Positions 62,661 to 64,000 of a DNA stretch of 64,000 nt are shown in pieces. The DNA is from Carcharhinus longimanus (lineage: Eukaryota). Under the pieces are notes generated by a model, which was not told the origin of the DNA, searched no databases, and saw nothing but the letters and a program-made list of their open reading frames with translations. The position numbers and the translations under genes were made by a program. Every line of letters begins with the position of its first letter. Position 1 is the first letter of the stretch. Where the stretch lies: assembly GCA_030264375.1 (NCBI GenBank), contig JASCQW010000150.1:21652780-21716779 (forward strand), read 5' to 3'.

Positions 62661-64000
62661 ATTTACTTGATGCTTAATCGAGAGAGATCACGTCCAGAAA
62701 GGATTTGAGGTCACTGAATCGAGCACACATTTGGTGTTGTGATGACTTTATTTACTCATGTCAGTATAGAGGTGTTACATTTGCGCAGTGCCTCTGCAGT
62801 TGTCTTACAGCCCAAGGCATCTTAATCAACAGAAACAACTGGTTTAGAGTTTCATGATTTGCTTTCAAACTGAAAGCAAAGCTGTCAGTCAGTAATGCAT
62901 TTTTGAAGAGAGGAGNNNNAGAGAATATGAACTGACAGTAGTGTGAGAAAGCAATTGTTGACGTGATTCCTACAGGAGGGCATAAGGGGACCATTTTCCC
63001 CATTCGTTTGTACCATACTGATCATCTGGAGCTTCAAACACTTTTTGCAAATTTGTTCTTCAAATATCAATCAAATTGAGAGTCTGGAGGAAGTAGAGAA
63101 TTATATGCTGTAATTGAGATTTTTTTAATGAAAAAGACTCCTTTCCAACTCCTGTGCTTCAACATCATTACATGTTACATTAGTTTCATTGGAACTTAAA
63201 CCTTGTAGAGCATTGAATGTCACCGCAGATACTTTGAACAGCTGCACGGTCTGATAGCAGAAGTTGACTCTTCCAAGAGCAAGTCAAATTGGTGCTGCAT
63301 CTGTTGACTCAGCTAGAGGAGCAATTGGGCATAGTTTTCTTCAAGCCTTAGTTTGAAGACTGCTCTTGAGGCACGTGGAAAACAGTCAAGACGTTCATGT
63401 TTCCATTTCTACCAAATTTGCATTTGTGTAGCACCTTTAACATGGTACAACTTCCCAAAGCACCTTTGGTACCCACAAGGTCAAGGAAAACACTCGTATT
63501 TGATGTTAATCTCAAGTGGAAATTGTTTGTCCATTAATTCCAGGATATCCAATGCTGCAGTGGAGTCTGTACCATTTCCTTATCAACCATCTTGCTGGGG
63601 TTCCAATAGTATTGGAATGCTTCCCAGTAAAGTGTGAAATAAATCTGAACGTCCAGTGAGGTCTCAGCTAAGGGAATCTGAAATATTAAGTAAGCTGTAT
63701 GCCCGGTAATTTGCATTGCCTTGATTCCCTTTGACGTGGAGTTCTATGGAGCTGTTGCATTTCACTGTTATGGGTTTATTTGCTTTGTCTGGGATGGTAG
63801 ATATACATAGAATGTTTGCATTCTAACAGGGCAGCCAGAACGATTCGGCCTATCTGGATCTTCGAAAAAGTTTTCCTTTTAGTTCCAGTTTTTTAGTACA
63901 TTTGGAAAGCTCCAACACATGGTTATGGGGAATTACAAAATCTTGTATATCGTGAGTTGAAATTAAAATTTAAGATCAATTAGCAATTGCATATTTTTTC

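Noticed and set aside
60655-64000. bHLH (E12/E47) exons
   Set aside because: No ANNARER/RDINEAF coding sequence in any frame; they must lie beyond the window
1-64000. Prokaryotic-type systems (CRISPR arrays, operons, defence systems)
   Set aside because: The sequence is vertebrate intron/exon DNA with no regularly spaced direct repeats or long intact ORFs

Overview
Eukaryotic, AT-rich, repeat-rich DNA from a cartilaginous fish (shark-type HE1/V-SINEs, DeuSINEs, CR1/L2 LINEs and Penelope elements; draft assembly with many N gaps). The whole window lies inside one + strand gene, a class I bHLH E-protein, best assigned as TCF3/E2A. I traced 14 GT-AG coding exons (336-60654) that join in one uninterrupted frame (1534 nt, about 511 aa). 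They correspond roughly to human TCF3 exons 4-17; the AD1 exons lie upstream and the bHLH exon(s) downstream of the window. Almost all other ORF-track entries are noise, N-gap artefacts or decayed retroelements. The best candidate novelty is an in-frame 6-nt microexon (7286-7291) with a neural-microexon-type splice architecture. Other points of interest: orphan splice and promoter signals nearby, TCF12/TCF4-like segments retained in this TCF3, three families of hammerhead-ribozyme-bearing Penelope termini, a nested hAT/Penelope insertion, long hairpins and a micro-inversion. Paralog and repeat-family comparisons are from memory; no searches were run.
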